A stretch of DNA of 64,000 nt from positions 23,624,001 through 23,688,000 of the forward strand of contig CM052817.1 of assembly GCA_028534125.1 (NCBI GenBank). The letters run 5' to 3'. Positions 11,101 through 25,063 of this stretch are shown piece by piece. Position 1 is the stretch's first letter, and every line of letters starts with the position of its first letter. Source of the stretch: Lama glama. Its lineage: Eukaryota. Below the pieces are notes generated by a model, which saw nothing but the letters and a program-made list of their open reading frames with translations, did not search any database and was not told where the DNA came from. The position numbers and the translations under genes are program-made.

Positions 11101-13799
11101 AATAACAGCAAAAGTGAACTGAGAAAAACAGAAGAAAGCTCAGGAAGAAAAGGCAACCACCGCATCTCCTTACTTCCAAGTCCCCAGGATCAGAGTCCCA
11201 CCGTTCTCTCCCAGTACCGACAACACCTCACAATTCTACTCCTTCTCTTCCTGCAGCTCTGGTACTATTTAAGCTCAGCTCTAACTTCTATCATGGTTGA
11301 AAAGTCAGTGAAATCCAGTCCAGTCCTGTCCTTGTCACCAGTGATCGTAGGAATCTCATAGCTTCTCCCTGCCTCTCTCTGCCTGGTTACTGAACTGAGA
11401 TGTGGTGTAACTTCAAAATATCATCGGCACTTTTGTCATTAACAATGTATGGTACATGAACAAGTTGGAAAATACCAAGCTGAGGGAGCTTTTCACAATA
11501 AGAACACAGATTTTGCTGAATAATTAATATTTCAAAAAATCAATGTTAGTGATAATGTAAAAATAGTTTTCCAAAATAAGAGTCAGAAATTCTGATTTTA
11601 ATCTCACTTCCTGCTGACTTACAGTGTGAACTCCATTCAAGAAGAATCGTAAGCTCTCTGAGCTCATTTCTTCATCACAATATTAGGGTAGAGGGCTAAT
11701 GTTACAACCACATCACAGAATATCTATGAGCAGTTTGGGATGTGGGTGACATTCTACAATTTCAGATCTACAAATAACAGTAATTAACATTTACACTTTT
11801 TAGCTTACTAAATGCTTTTATAAATGAAGGGAGAGGCAAATTTGTTGACTCTATTTGTCAATACTCTCAAACTTTGAACTTAACACATCTGCTTTGAGAT
11901 TTCCCCCCATTCTACTGGTGAATATTAACATCCTAATACAGTGTGCCCCAGTTTCATAAGTCCAAGCTAGCCTAGATGGGTTAGGTTTATTTTCGTATCA
12001 TGAGCCGATCCCCTGATACCAGTTGGTTGCCAGCTTGTGCAGGTGGAGATCATGATGCATACTCGAAGAGCAAGACAACTCCTGTCTTCAGAAAAACCTT
12101 ACACTGTTACTAGCATTCCCTCACGTTTTCTCCAAACCTGACAAATTCACAGTAGCCAAGCTTACATCTTTGATTTACTGACAATGTCACATTATTATTT
12201 TCATATTGGAGGAAAGCTAGCCTGAGAACAGTCCAAATAATTGACTTATAGAGGTGCATTTTGAATTCTAAAAGCTTCAGCAAGTTCAAAATGTTCTCAA
12301 TTACATATTCTTAAGGTTTTCTGAGTATATACACTTCCATTTCTGCAGGGCATAGAATACTTTCAAGCTATTAAGTTACCAGACTCCCAAAATAATGCAA
12401 GAAAGATATTTCCTTCTCAGAAAAGTCCTGAAGATGATCAAACAACACTCAATCTCCCTGCTGAAATGACAACTGATTCCTTATTTTCCACATGAAATAT
12501 ACTAAGTTTAAAGAAGCAGGTGTGTCACTGCAGTATTTTCTCATCAGAAATCTACTTTAAAACTAAGGATAAAGACAGCTTTAAACATCATTTGGTATTT
12601 ACAGTAGACACCTGAGGCTCTATCATTTTCCCAATAAGCCCAGAAATATATGTGCTGCATTAGTGGAATATGCAATAAATAGAGTTTTATGAGTCCAGGG
12701 AATCTATTCATTACGTGTTTGTGAGCCTTTAGAAACATTAAACAGTATAAACGTTATAGCCTATGTAATCTTCAACTGATAACTTAAAATACTGAAGTGT
12801 GTACAATATTTTATCACTAAATTTGGGCACATTTCAAAGGCTCTATGTATTCAACCTTTGCCATAAACAAATTTGCTTAATAGACATATCAGTAGAATTC
12901 ATGTTTCAGAAATGTTTCTCGAACCTAACTTTCATAAAACGTCCTCCCATCATTACGGGCATGTAGAACAAGGACTACGCACTTACCATTATCTGGATTC
13001 AATTTACTCACTGGAGTCATTCTTTTCAGTCATTTTCCAGTGAACTGAGGGTGAGCCTGTCACGTGAGAATGTTCCGAATGCTTTGGAGAGGGGCTCAGA
13101 CATGCCTGTGTGAGGCATCGTGGCCTGAGGCTGGAGGCCCGGCTACAGAGTTTCCTGTAGTTGGACGATCTCACTGGGTTACTATTGTCATTGTTAGAAG
13201 GGGTAGACAAGTAATATTGGAACTCAGTCTCTTGAATCTTTCTCCAGAACCTTTTCACATTGTTACTAATATAGAGTTATTCTGTCCCCACTGAAGATTC
13301 AGTATGTCTTGACACCTCCCCTCTCCTTTGTCTGAAAAATGAGTGAGTGTATCACCTCAGGAAAACAATAACTTCTTTTCTGACTGTAGTAGAATCAGAC
13401 TCCTTACTGTGTTTTATCATCAAAGGACTTGATATGCTAAGAGGAAGTCTAAATCGAAATATGGAAAAAGTGATTGTAATAAATGTGATGGGCCCATTTT
13501 TTCCTTGACCCACAGAATATGTCACCACACATTCAGAATTTGTAGAGAAAGTGAAAGTTGAATAACTTAACCATACTATGTCTCTAATTAGAATGTTCCA
13601 CAAAGGAAGATGCTCTGTGACACACAATCCACAAAAATGATGCTACCAGAGCCTACCACAGTCCAGGGAAGAAGGGACCATCACTTTTTCACTATCCCAA
13701 ATATTGCCAGGAATTTCTGAGTACCTAAAGGAGGATTTAATCAGTTCTTCACTCAACAATATGATGGTTAGTACACTGAGCAAAACAGAGCTTCTGGGG

Positions 13800-14136
13800 A
13801 TTATAATGCAATTGTACAGGCTTACAAAATCCAAAATCTGTAAGTAGGCCAGTAGACTGGAGAACCAGCAAAGAGTTGCAGTTGGAGGTCCAAAGGCATT
13901 CTTTTGGCAGAATTCCTTCTTTTTCAGGGGAGGTCAGTCTTTGTTTCACTAAGACCTTCAAGTGATTGGATGAAACCCAACCACATAGTGGAGGGTGAAC
14001 TTCTTTACTCAAAATCTACTGATTGAAATGTTAATCTCATCTAAAAAACACCTTCACAGAAACATCCAGAATAAGATTTGACTACATTAACTGGGCACCC
14101 TGGCCCACCCACATTGACATAAAATTAACCATCAGA
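13800..14136 (-). mobile_element. ERVL LTR, MLT2-like (partial)
   Basis: gattggatgaaacccaaccacat, ctttactcaaaatctactgat, ends ataaaattaaccatca (reverse of MLT2 start). Confidence 0.85.
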
Positions 14137-14672
14137 GAGGATTTCCCTAAACCATCTTCAAGTTTGATGATTTGCTAAAGAAAAAGTCACAGGAACAAGT
14201 GGAAATCTATTATACTCATGGTTACGTTTATCATAGGAAAAGGATGAAGAAAGTCAGCCACAGGAAGACAGAGATAGGGGAGAGTCTCAGGGTCTCCTTA
14301 GAATGTGTTACCCTTTCAATTTTCATGTGTGACAATCTGCACAGAGTGTTGACAACCGAGGAAGCTCCCCCAAACTTCAGTGTCCAGAGTTTTTCTTGGG
14401 GGTTAATTGTGTGGACATGATTGATTGGTTAACTGCCCATGTGTTTGAACTCTATCTCACTCCTTTCTGGAGGTCAAGCCAATATTATGTGGCCCAAGGA
14501 GCCCTTCGCAGGTCATGTCATTAGCATAAACTATCAGGTACTGTTCATGGGGCCTGCTGTAAAGAACAAAGGCATTCCTATCATTCAGGAAATTCTAAGG
14601 GCGGTTACCTGACAGGAGACAGAGACAAAGGTGAGATGACTCTTTGGGTGAGGCTAAATTCCCCACTGCACA
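14137..14672 (-). mobile_element. ERVL LTR, MER77/MER68/MER21 group
   Basis: tgatgatttgcta, ggaagctc...cagtgtccagagttttt, tctttgggtgaggctaaattc...caca motifs. Confidence 0.75.
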
Positions 14673-16201
14673 CTTGTTCATCTTCATCTACTTGACTCCT
14701 AATAGAGTCTGTTCTCACACTCCACAACCACAACGGTGTGTCCTCCACACTTCCCTGTTGTTCTCACCACAAAATGTTAGACCTAGTTGTGTTCCTAACT
14801 TCCCCCCAGCCTCATTCTAAGTTGTACTCCTGCTCCAGTTTCTCCACTGCAGTGGTGCGGTCCTTCTCTGTTCCTTTAGCCCAGGACCTTGGCAGGGCTG
14901 ATCCTTCAGCCATCAGTCGTTCTTCTTCCCTCTCCTCTTTGCCCAGTTAACTAGGACTAATGCCTCTCGTTTCTTTGCCTTTACTCAAGGTCGTTTTCAT
15001 TCTATAATTAAAATGTTCTTTCCCACAAGATCTTCATCTGCATCCAGAAGAACTCTGGTTGATTCCATGCCTCATCGTATTCCAGCATTTAGCTTTATTA
15101 TGTAATAAGTGTGAATTAAGAATTGTTTAACTAACCAAGGTCATTATGCTCAAATTGATTCACCCCAGTCCTAAGAGTGGGACTTGGGGAATAAACACAT
15201 TCTCCCCATCACATAATCAGCACACGTTTGTGGAGCACTTAAATGCGAAGCTTTGTGTAACTGGAATCCATGGCACACAAAACAGTGGTGATGAGGGAAG
15301 ATGTCTGGAGCCATTATGTTATGTAGCTGGAAGTAACAAAGATGTAGTCTCCATTGCTAGTGTGAATGATGTCCATCTTTCCATATTTCAGGGAATTGTA
15401 ACTGTAAGCAACCTGAGATGTTCATTCAAGTACCTAGAAGTGAACAAATATTCTTACCTTTAACTCTGATTGGAGTTTGTTTTCTGTTCAGCTCCACAGA
15501 ATTAGGGAGGCACAAACTGACAACAAAACTCCCAGCAGGAATCCACACGAGATTTGGGTAATGAGTCATGCTGATCACAACGTTCTCTCATTATTTGCTC
15601 ACATACACCCTGGTGTGTCATCTCAGAACACACGTGCAGAGATGGAGCAAACAGAGCCTGCTTGTGCATTTGCTTCTTTCTTTCCAACACAGATGTTTGG
15701 CAGCACTCAGGAGACAGGGCACTGTGCTAATCCTGTGCCACGTTTGTTTGTGTTTATCTTCAAATATATCTAACTGGTTTAAAGCCATGAATTTTTTTAG
15801 CCATAATTACAATTATAGCGCTGGGTGACATTGTGGATGGGTTACTATGTATCTAAAAAGGTAGGAAAGTTTGCTTCTGGGAATGAATGAGTGGATGTAA
15901 TGATTCTAGAAGCAACAATAGGTATCATAAAGAACCCAAATCAGTATTTTTATGGTGGAAGTTGATGTGTTTGTTGCTGCTTTCTTTCCCTAAGTAAAAA
16001 AAAAAAAAATCAGATTTGGAATAAACAACTAACATTTGTATAAAAGCTGAAAATTCTAAATGCATGGGTTATTTCAAAAGATAATAGAAAATATAGAATT
16101 GGAGAGACTATACAGTGAATTCATCACTTAGTATAAGATAGTTTGGATTGTCCAGATATTCAAACATCCTGAAGCACAATTCCTTCTTGAACTCTCTACT
16201 T

Positions 16202-17023
16202 ATTTTTTTTAGTTATATAAGTTTCAGGTATATAGCATTATAATTTGACATCTGTGTACATCGAAAAATGATCACCAGTATAAGTCTAGTTATCATTCAT
16301 CACCATACAGTTGACCTCTTCACGCATTTTACCCACCTACAACCTACTTCCCCTCTAGTAACCACTAATCTCTTCTCTGTATCTTTGAGTTTTCTTTGGC
16401 TTCATTAGATTTCACATATGAGTGAAATCATACACTGTCTTTTTTCTGATTTATTTCACTTAACATAATAACTTCAAGGTCCCTTCATGTTGTCATAAAT
16501 GGCAGAATTTCATTCTTTTTTATGACTGAGTAGTATTCCATTGTACATATATATTCTACCTCTTCTTTCCATTCATCCATCAGTGGACCTTTAGGTTGTT
16601 TTCATATCTTGCCTATTGTAAATAATGTTGCAATGAACATAGGGGTGCATATATCTTTTAAAATTAGTGTTTTCATGGTTGTCATATAAATACCTGTAAG
16701 TGGAATAGCTGGGTCATATTTTAGTTCCATTCATAATTTTTTGAGGAACCTCCATACTGTTTTCCAAAGTGGCTGCACCAATTTTTGTTCCCACCAACAG
16801 TGCATGACAGTTCCCTTTTCTCTACATCCTCTCCAGCATTTGTTACTTCTTGTCTTTTCTGTAACAGCCACTCTGATATGGTGAGGTGATATCACATTGT
16901 GGTTTTGATTTGCATTTCATTAATACTTAGTGATGCTGAACATTTTTTCTTGTGCCTGTTGGCCATCTGCTTGTCTTTTTTGAAAAAAAATGTCTTTCAG
17001 ATCCTTTGTTCAATTTTAAGTCA
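16202..17023 (-). mobile_element. L1 3' fragment (L1MA9-like), 5'-truncated
   Basis: Poly-T head, L1 3' UTR and ORF2-end motifs; TSD AACTC[T/C]CTACTT at 16190-16201 and 17024-17035. Confidence 0.9.
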
Positions 17024-18134
17024 AACTCCCTACTTTGAATTTCTGAGTGCCTTATATTTGAAACCTCTCTCAAAGATGAAAGAACACAGAAATAAACTGG
17101 AGACAGACAAAAATAGTAAAATTTAAGTATACAAAGGCTTTGGGGGTAAATTGGGTTTTAGTAGGTACATTTTCAGAATAGCTGAAATTTTTGCCTTTAA
17201 CACTAAATGACACTAACCTGTGTCACATGTCTATTATGTGCCAGGAACTGACCATGTGCTTAAGAATTTCCTATTATTTCCTTATTTTGTGAAGGAAAGA
17301 ACTAAGCACCAAAAATGTTGAGAAAGTTGTCCAAATATCTACAGTTACTAATAGCTGAAAATGCAAAATACCTGAAAGATTCATTCCAGCCTTTTAAAAT
17401 AGAAATCTGCCTAAATTAGAGCCTAGGTAACTGCCTTGCCCCTGTGTAATAGAAATGTACAACTTCAGTGCCCAGCACTGTGCCTGCTATATTACATGCA
17501 CACAATATTTATTGAATCATTAAAGAATTAAAAGAAAAAAAGTAGAAAAACAAAGAAAAAAAGATTTAAGCTTTTGTTGATAACACAGAGTTATCATTAA
17601 AATCCGTAAAATAAGAATACCTATCAAGCTTTCCTCCAATTTCCTATTTCTATATCTAATGGATACTGTCTTCGAAGAATTTAGCCAAGTGAAAAACAAT
17701 AGTATTTGTAGACAAATGCATGTCGTCCAGCATGAACTTTTGTGACATTATTTAGACAACTCATTGCTGCCTCTTTTTCTTTTAACTTCCTGACTTTGAA
17801 ATATTTTAGGAGAACTGAATCCTGGATATCTGAGATTTTCTGCTGGTTTTCTAGTTTTTTTTTTTTAATCCAAATTATATGTTATTGTTAAAGGTCAGTG
17901 GCTATCATATATTTCTCTTCTAAAAAGTGAAGTCATCCATAGCAGGAAAAGTATATATATGCAGTTGAATATGAACCTAATTTCATCATTTATTCCTTAC
18001 ATTCTTTTCTTATAAATAGAACTGTGTTCAGTTGTAGAAATGAATCTCTACATTTCTCTCTCTCTGTTTCTCTCTCCACTTTTTTTTACATAAAATGAGG
18101 TTTGTAATCTAAAATTAGACACACCACAATTTCT

Positions 18135-19420
18135 TTTTTTTTTTGCCTTTTTTAAATTGAAGTATAGTCATTTTACAATGTTGTGTCAATTTCTGGTGTA
18201 CAGCATAAAGTTTCAGTCATATGTATACATGTATATTCCTTTTCATAGTCTTTTTAATCATAGATTACTACAAGATATTGAATATAGTTCCCTGTGCTAT
18301 ACAATATAAACTTGCTTTTCTATTTTATGTATAGTGGTTAGTATCTGCAAATCTCAAACTCCTGATTTATCCCTTTCCTCCCCTCTGTCCCCTCTGGTAA
18401 CTGTAAGTTTGCTTTCTATGTCTGTGAGTCTATTTCTGCTTTGTAAATAAGGTCATTTGTGTCTTTTTTTTTTTTTAGATTCCACAAATAAGTGATATTA
18501 TATGGTATTTTTCTTTTTCTTTCTGGCTAGTATACTTCACTTAGAATGACAATCTCCAGGTCCATCCAGGTTGATGCAAATGGCATTATTTTATTTTTTA
18601 TGACTAAGTAGTATTCCATCATATAAATATACCACAACTTCTTTATCCAGTCATCTGTCGATGGACATTTCTATATGTTGGCTATTGTATATAGTTCTGC
18701 TATGAACATTGGGGTGCATATATATTTTTGAATTAGATTTCCCTCTGGATATATGCCCAAGAGTGGGGTTGCTGGATCATATGGTAAATCTATTTTTAGT
18801 TTTTTAAGGACTCTCCATACTGTTTTCCATAATGGCTGCATCAAACTACATTCCTACCAGTGGTGTGGGTGGATTCCCTTTTCTTCACACCCTCTCTAGC
18901 ATTTACTGTTTGTGGACTTTTGAATGATGGTCATTCTGATTGGTGAGAGATTGATACCTCTTTGTAGTTTGGATTTCCATTTCTCTGATAATTAGTAATT
19001 TTGAGGATATTTTCAAGTAACCATTGGCCATTTGTATGTCTTCATTGAAGAATTGCTTGTTTAGGTCTTCTGCCCATTTTTGGATTGGGTTGTTGGTTTT
19101 CTGTTATTAAGTTGTATGAGCTGTTTGTATATTCTAGGAATTAAGCCCTTATCAGTCACAAGGTTTGCAAATATCTTCTCTCATTCTGTAGGTTGGTTAT
19201 CTTTTTGTTTTGTTTATGGTTTCCTTTGCTGTACAAAAGCTTTTAAGTTCAATGAGGTCCTGTTTGTTTATTTTTGCTTTTATTTCCGTTGTCTGGGTAG
19301 ACTGCCCTAGGAGAACATTGCTAAGATTAGTGTCAGAAAATATTTTGCCTGTGTTTTCTTCTAGGAGGTTTATAGTGTCTTGTCTTATGTTTAAGTCTTT
19401 AAGCCATTTCGTGCTGAGAT
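18135..19420 (-). mobile_element. Young cetartiodactyl (camelid-type) L1, 5'-truncated; decayed ORF2 C-terminus
   Basis: Poly-T head; exact 12-bp TSD ACCACAATTTCT (18123-18134, 19421-19432) followed by AA (endonuclease-like TTCT/AA); ORF 19197-19427 reads KWLKDLNIRQDTINLLEENTG...LKSFCTAKETINK, typical L1 ORF2. Confidence 0.95.
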
Positions 19421-21949
19421 ACCACAATTTCTAAACAGAAAAAAAGGCTTCCTCCAGAGCTTTATGTGTCATGGTTCCTTGCTTACTCCTTTCTATCTAT
19501 TTCCCAGTGAAATTTCTGTACACTCACTTTGTTCAGAGGGGTTTCCCAGCTGATTCATGTGTCACCATGCACTAACATGTAGATTAATGATATCATTTAT
19601 AATTTAAATTATTTCATGATGTCTTAACCTTTGCCATTTAATTTAGTTCATGGATATCTTAACCCATAGAAGTGGCTAATGTGACATCTAAGAAGATTAG
19701 AGTGTAAGAGGAAAAATCAGAGAATACAACAATGGATCAGAAAGGAGGTAAGTTAGATGAGCCCAACAATATGGGAAGAAATGCCTTCCCATCTAAGAAA
19801 AGTTGTCCCAGAGAAAGATATGTGCCAAAATTTCTGAGGCTAGGCACTTCTGTTTGCTGATAAACCTAGTCTTTGTTCTTTTCCACTAAAACTTTTAAAT
19901 GCTCCCCCCCACCCCCATTTCTGGAGCCTGTTATGAATCATTTTATAGATCAAAGAAGAAAGAGAAAACTATCAGCAGTTTGTCAGACACATTAGAAAGT
20001 AGAGAAATTCTCAAGATATGCATCAGTCTGAAGAGTCTAGGAAATCACTTCTCAAAAGTAACTGCCTACCAGTGGACATCTGCCCTCCTAAATCACCAGG
20101 AATCAACTTTATTGAATCAGTTAAAGCAGCTCTTCATTTTTTTTTTCCTGTTGATCAGAATTTCATTAAGCGGTTCTTTAATGCTCCATGACTTTGTTTG
20201 CTCTGGATTTACATTACTCAGCCATATCCCTTAAGCTTAATTAAGTTTGTTTGTTCAAGCTTTGAGTACTTTTCTCTGTTCTGCAGCAAAATGAGGTAAA
20301 AATCAAGGGACACTCCTTCATCTGTGAAGCTGTCAGTCCATCATTTCTTGAATATTGATTTTGGGGGAGGTTGTGACATTCCCTAGGTAAGCATGTCAAG
20401 TTTGTTGACAGAGAGCTCTCTACTTAATTGAATATGATGCCCATACGGGAAGTGATGGAGTATGTCAGTGATGTGTAAGTTTTCTCTCCCACTGGGTGTG
20501 CAGTGGAGGGTAATGCTATTCCATTGTGTACTGACCAAACTCCATGTGCCTTGTCTTATTACTTCAGTATCTTTTTTTGTCTTAAAGACCTCAAAGCAAT
20601 GCAATTACTCATCCAAGAGATGATTATGCATTAAAAAAACCTGAAGCATGAAATATCAGATGAGGATAGTCATAAATGTTTTGCCACATGAGTAATAATT
20701 TTAATTTGGTCGCCAAACTTGCAATGTAGTTTTACTCATCTGTAATATGGGAGTAATGACCATCCTTCCTGTCATTAACTACTTCTCCACAGTGTTGTAA
20801 AGATTAACTTATGTTCTTCAATGGCTTTTCAAATAAAAAGCATAGTGTAAATGTTAGTTTCTAAAGATAGCTTTCCCTGGCCAGAGCTAGCTTTTTCCCT
20901 GATTAATGTCTAAAATGCTGCATGAGAAATAAAATTGTTCTTGTACAATAACAAAGATGTATTTTTCAGTTAGTTTTAAAAGAGGGAGTACAGGTTAACT
21001 TACACAATGTTATATGTCAATTGTATCTCACACTGAAAAAAGGGAAGATAACTTGAGAAAAAAGTTCTCAATACTTTACAAAACTTATTCTACTTATCAA
21101 ACAAATTGCTTACTTGCAAAAAGTTTAGCTACATCAGCTTAAGAAATATATTATTTAAACCATCCCTTTATAATTTAAAAGTTTTTGATAGAAAAAATAA
21201 ATCACTGATTTTCACCCTAACAAATTGCATTGTATTGTACTGCTAAGTTATACAAATTAGTCTAAAACCACTTCTTCTGATAATGTATGTAAAAATATTC
21301 TATGGAAACATTCTATAGAGTCTGGATTTTTCAAGGTTTCATTCGGTTCAAAGACAGATTTAAATGATTGGTCTCTAAGTCCTCTGGCTATTTCATATCT
21401 GGCAAAATTATAAGGTACAGAGTTTCATAAACATGAGTAAAAATGAGAGAAGTAATTCCATGTGCTGGAACCTCCGATGAAGCATTAACATTGCTGTGCA
21501 GCTAAGTAACACATCGGGTGTTAAGGGGCTCAACATCCAACAGCCTGGTCTCCCGCGCCTTCCGTGAATGAAGGAATGTCAGTTACATTTTCTGGCCCCT
21601 TGTCAGATTTACTTCTGCGCAAATGTCTTCTTGGTCCACTCACTCCCATTCGGTCTTTTTTTTACATCCTGCTGTAACTGGATGCATCTTAAACCCTTTA
21701 TCTTCGCATTTAAAGCACAGTGTCCACAATACCCAAGAGCTGACTCCTTGTCTCCACACACGTAACCCTCAGGTATCTTCTGAAACTCAACATCAAAAAG
21801 TGGTGCAATAAGCACATTCTCCTACCTTCGATATCTTTTCCTGCTCTGCCTGAATGAATGACAACACTATCCAATTAGTTGTATACCCACATCTTACCAA
21901 GAACACATGAAGATGCCCTGAGGACTTCCTAATCACTAAGTTCTTGTAG

Positions 21950-22250
21950 AAATTTTTATTGAGTGTGCACTGTATGTACCAAGCAGTGTGTGAGGCATTG
22001 AACAGAATGCAAACAGTCCCTGTTCTCAGGTAGCTTGCTGTCAAATAGAAGAGATACATGAAATAAGGATAATGGCTAATCCCTAGGGCATCAGTGAGAT
22101 TCTATGACAGTATTTAAGACTATGTCATCCAGGTGGGATTTCCTGAGGAACTGATGACTGAGCCTAAATCTAAAGATTGAGAGAAGAGTATGAAGATGAA
22201 GAAGGGAAGAGGATTGAGTGGGGAGGGCATTTCAGACAGAGACAAGATAA
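21950..22250 (-). mobile_element. L2 3' fragment
   Basis: aatttttattgagtgtgcactgtatgtaccaagcagtgtg...gtccctgttctcaggtagcttgc pattern. Confidence 0.65.
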
Positions 22251-22401
22251 AGTGTCCTCTTCTCCTCTTTTAATCAGACCCAAATCATGAATCCATGAGC
22301 TAATTCTCCCTCTTAAATACCAGATCTGCCCACCGTGCTCAACTTCCACTAACTCTTCTTTTACTTGCTAGTATTATTTTATCATTACCCTAATATGCAG
22401 G

Positions 22402-22767
22402 CGTTAATGAACTGAATGTCTGTATACCCCAAATGCACATGTTGAAAACCTACCACCTCAGTGCAATAGTATTAGGAGCTGGGGCCTTTAGGAAGTAAGT
22501 AGGATTAAATGAGATCATGAGGGTGAAGTCCTCATGAAGGGAATTACTGTCTTCATAGGAGTCACAAGAAGAGTTTGCTTCCAATCTCTGCTCTCATCCA
22601 GAAGAGGCTAAAACAAGAAATTGGTAATCTGCAGCCTGGAAGAGGGCTATCACCAGAATTCAACCAGGCTGGTACCTTAATCTCAGATTACCAGACTTCA
22701 GAATGGTGAGAAATAATATTTTGCGTCACCTAATACTTTTTTATAGCAGCCCAGATTGACTAAGGCA
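22402..22767 (+). mobile_element. MaLR solo LTR, MLT1A-like
   Basis: Ends atagcagcccagattgactaaggca; perfect 5-bp TSD GCAGG at 22397-22401 and 22768-22772. Confidence 0.9.
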
Positions 22768-23889
22768 GCAGGCTATCAACATTTACATATTCTCAAAATC
22801 TTCCTTACTTCTTCAAAAGTTGCTCTAAAATCTCTTATCAAAATCTAGTCCAGTCCTTACAGACTTAACCCTCTTTCTCCTTTCACTTCTCCTCTGCAAA
22901 TTTCATTGTCGTCTGCCTTAAATTCTCCTTTCTTTTATAGTGGAAATCCTGATAGTTCTCAATCTTCCAACCGTCTCCAAGTGTTCTTGTTGTTTTGTTT
23001 GTTTGTTTGTTTTTTGATGCTTTTTCTAATTGTCAAAGATGTACAAAATTTCTCATAGGGGTAATGGAGAAGGAAAAGGAAGAATAAATTTCACAAATCT
23101 TTTATTTACTTTCTTTCCTTTTTTAAGTGGAGAGGACATAATTATATATTTCGTAGTTTTATTTCTCAGTATGGCTCAAATTTAGGCTCATATCTTTTCC
23201 TATATATTATGAGTTGAAAAAATATTAATTCTAATTTAGAATAAGGTTACGAGGTTTATTTTATGACAAATGGTGAAAAGATGTTTTATTATAACAAAAT
23301 ATTTTAACCTGAACTTGAATATATTCTTGATATGGCATACCTGAGGAGAGAATCCAGACCTTATGAATGAATTACTCTAAGAAAGTGAACAGGGTTTTGC
23401 ATGGTAGCCATGCAATTCTATCTTACCCGGACCTACATTCCCCATCTACTATGTTAACATTCTGACTCTTTTTTTTTTTTTTAAGTCATTTTGTAGTGTA
23501 GGTCAGTGACAAGTTAGAAGCAATCTTTATTTCGCTCTAGTGCTTGCAAGTATTCCAAATTCATGGGAATCAGCAGTGTCCTGAAATTCAGTTAGAAGTA
23601 TGAAAAAGTAAACAATCTGAAAATACACTTTTCATAGCCCATATCATCTGCATACTATCACTTAATTTTCAAATAATCTAGTGGGATATTTTAATATTTA
23701 TCCCTAGCAATAGAAAATTAAAATTCATGGAAAATAATAAATTTGCTTTATAACATACACTATCAGCAGAGGAATTAGAACAATAATTGATTTAGCCAAT
23801 AGCTAAATTCAGCGGTCAATTTTTTAGCCACTTCTCCCTCAATCTAGTATTTATATTTAATGATTCCAGTATTTTTAAATGGTATTTTT

Positions 23890-25063
23890 TGCCATCTGAC
23901 TTCTGGAACACCATATTCCTTTATCATTTTTTCTTTATCTCACTGGCTGCTGCTTCTTACTTTCCTTTCCTCTCCCCTCATCACCATTCTGATTTCTAAA
24001 TACTAGATTAAGAGTTAGTCTTTGGGTATCTTCTCTAACTACACTAGATCCTTAGGTGATCTTAGTTAGTCCCACAACTAAAGTACCAATTTGATACTTA
24101 GAAATACTCAAATTTATGCTTCCAAATAAGACCTGTCTCCAGAACTTCTGCTTCTTGTTCCATATTTTTATAATATATAAGTATATAGATCTCAAATTAA
24201 GTGTATGCACAACACAATACCATCTTTGCTATAGTCAAGCCCTCCTTCAGTCTTCCCCATGCCCAGTATAATGGTGACTTTTTGTATTCAGTTGTTTAGG
24301 CAAAATTCTTCTCATTTTGTCACATCTAATCTCCATTATATCTGAAAATTTCATTAGCTTGACCTTAAAATAAATGCAGAACAGAACACTTCTCACCACC
24401 TCCATGGCTAACACCCTCGAGAAAACAATGTATCTTTCCCTTGGTTTGTTGCCTCCCTTGTAGCACAAACAATACTGTCCAAAAAAAAAAAAAAATCAGA
24501 CTATGTTCTTTCCTTGCTTAAAGCTCTCTAGTGGCTTCCTGTTCCATAGTAAGAGCTTAATTCCTTAAAATCTCTGTATCTTTGCCCCCATTATCACTGT
24601 GGCTTCATTGCCTACCCTAGCCTGCTCAACAATTTAACTCTAGTCTTTGGTGTTATTGCCATTGCTCCAGCACACTTAGGAATATTATGCTGTCTGAGAC
24701 TTTACACTTTCGTGTTTTCCTCCTAGAATGACTTCCCCAGGATATTTATGCGGCTTGCTCCCCAATTTTCTACAAACATATCAATAAAGTGCCAGCTTTC
24801 AAACATACTTACTATGACTATCCTGTACAAAGAACTCTCTTCCACTTGCTTTCACCTTGTCCTTCCTTGGACAGGAAAAAAAAAAGGTTTTTAAAATATC
24901 GCTATTGCCACTTAATGTTTATTTCTTTTATTTTTATTCTCCCCACATACTTTTCAACTTCATGTCACCAAGGACTGAAAACTCTCTTCATTCTTATCAT
25001 TTTCAACCCCTGTTCCAATGTCTTATACAGAGGAGATTCAAAACAAGTATCTGTTGAATGAAT
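23890..25063 (+). mobile_element. L2 (L2a-like) 3' portion
   Basis: Long pyrimidine-rich decayed L2 body (ttctcaccacctccatggcta, tccttgcttaaagctctctagtggcttcc) ending gtatctgttgaatgaat. Confidence 0.75.
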
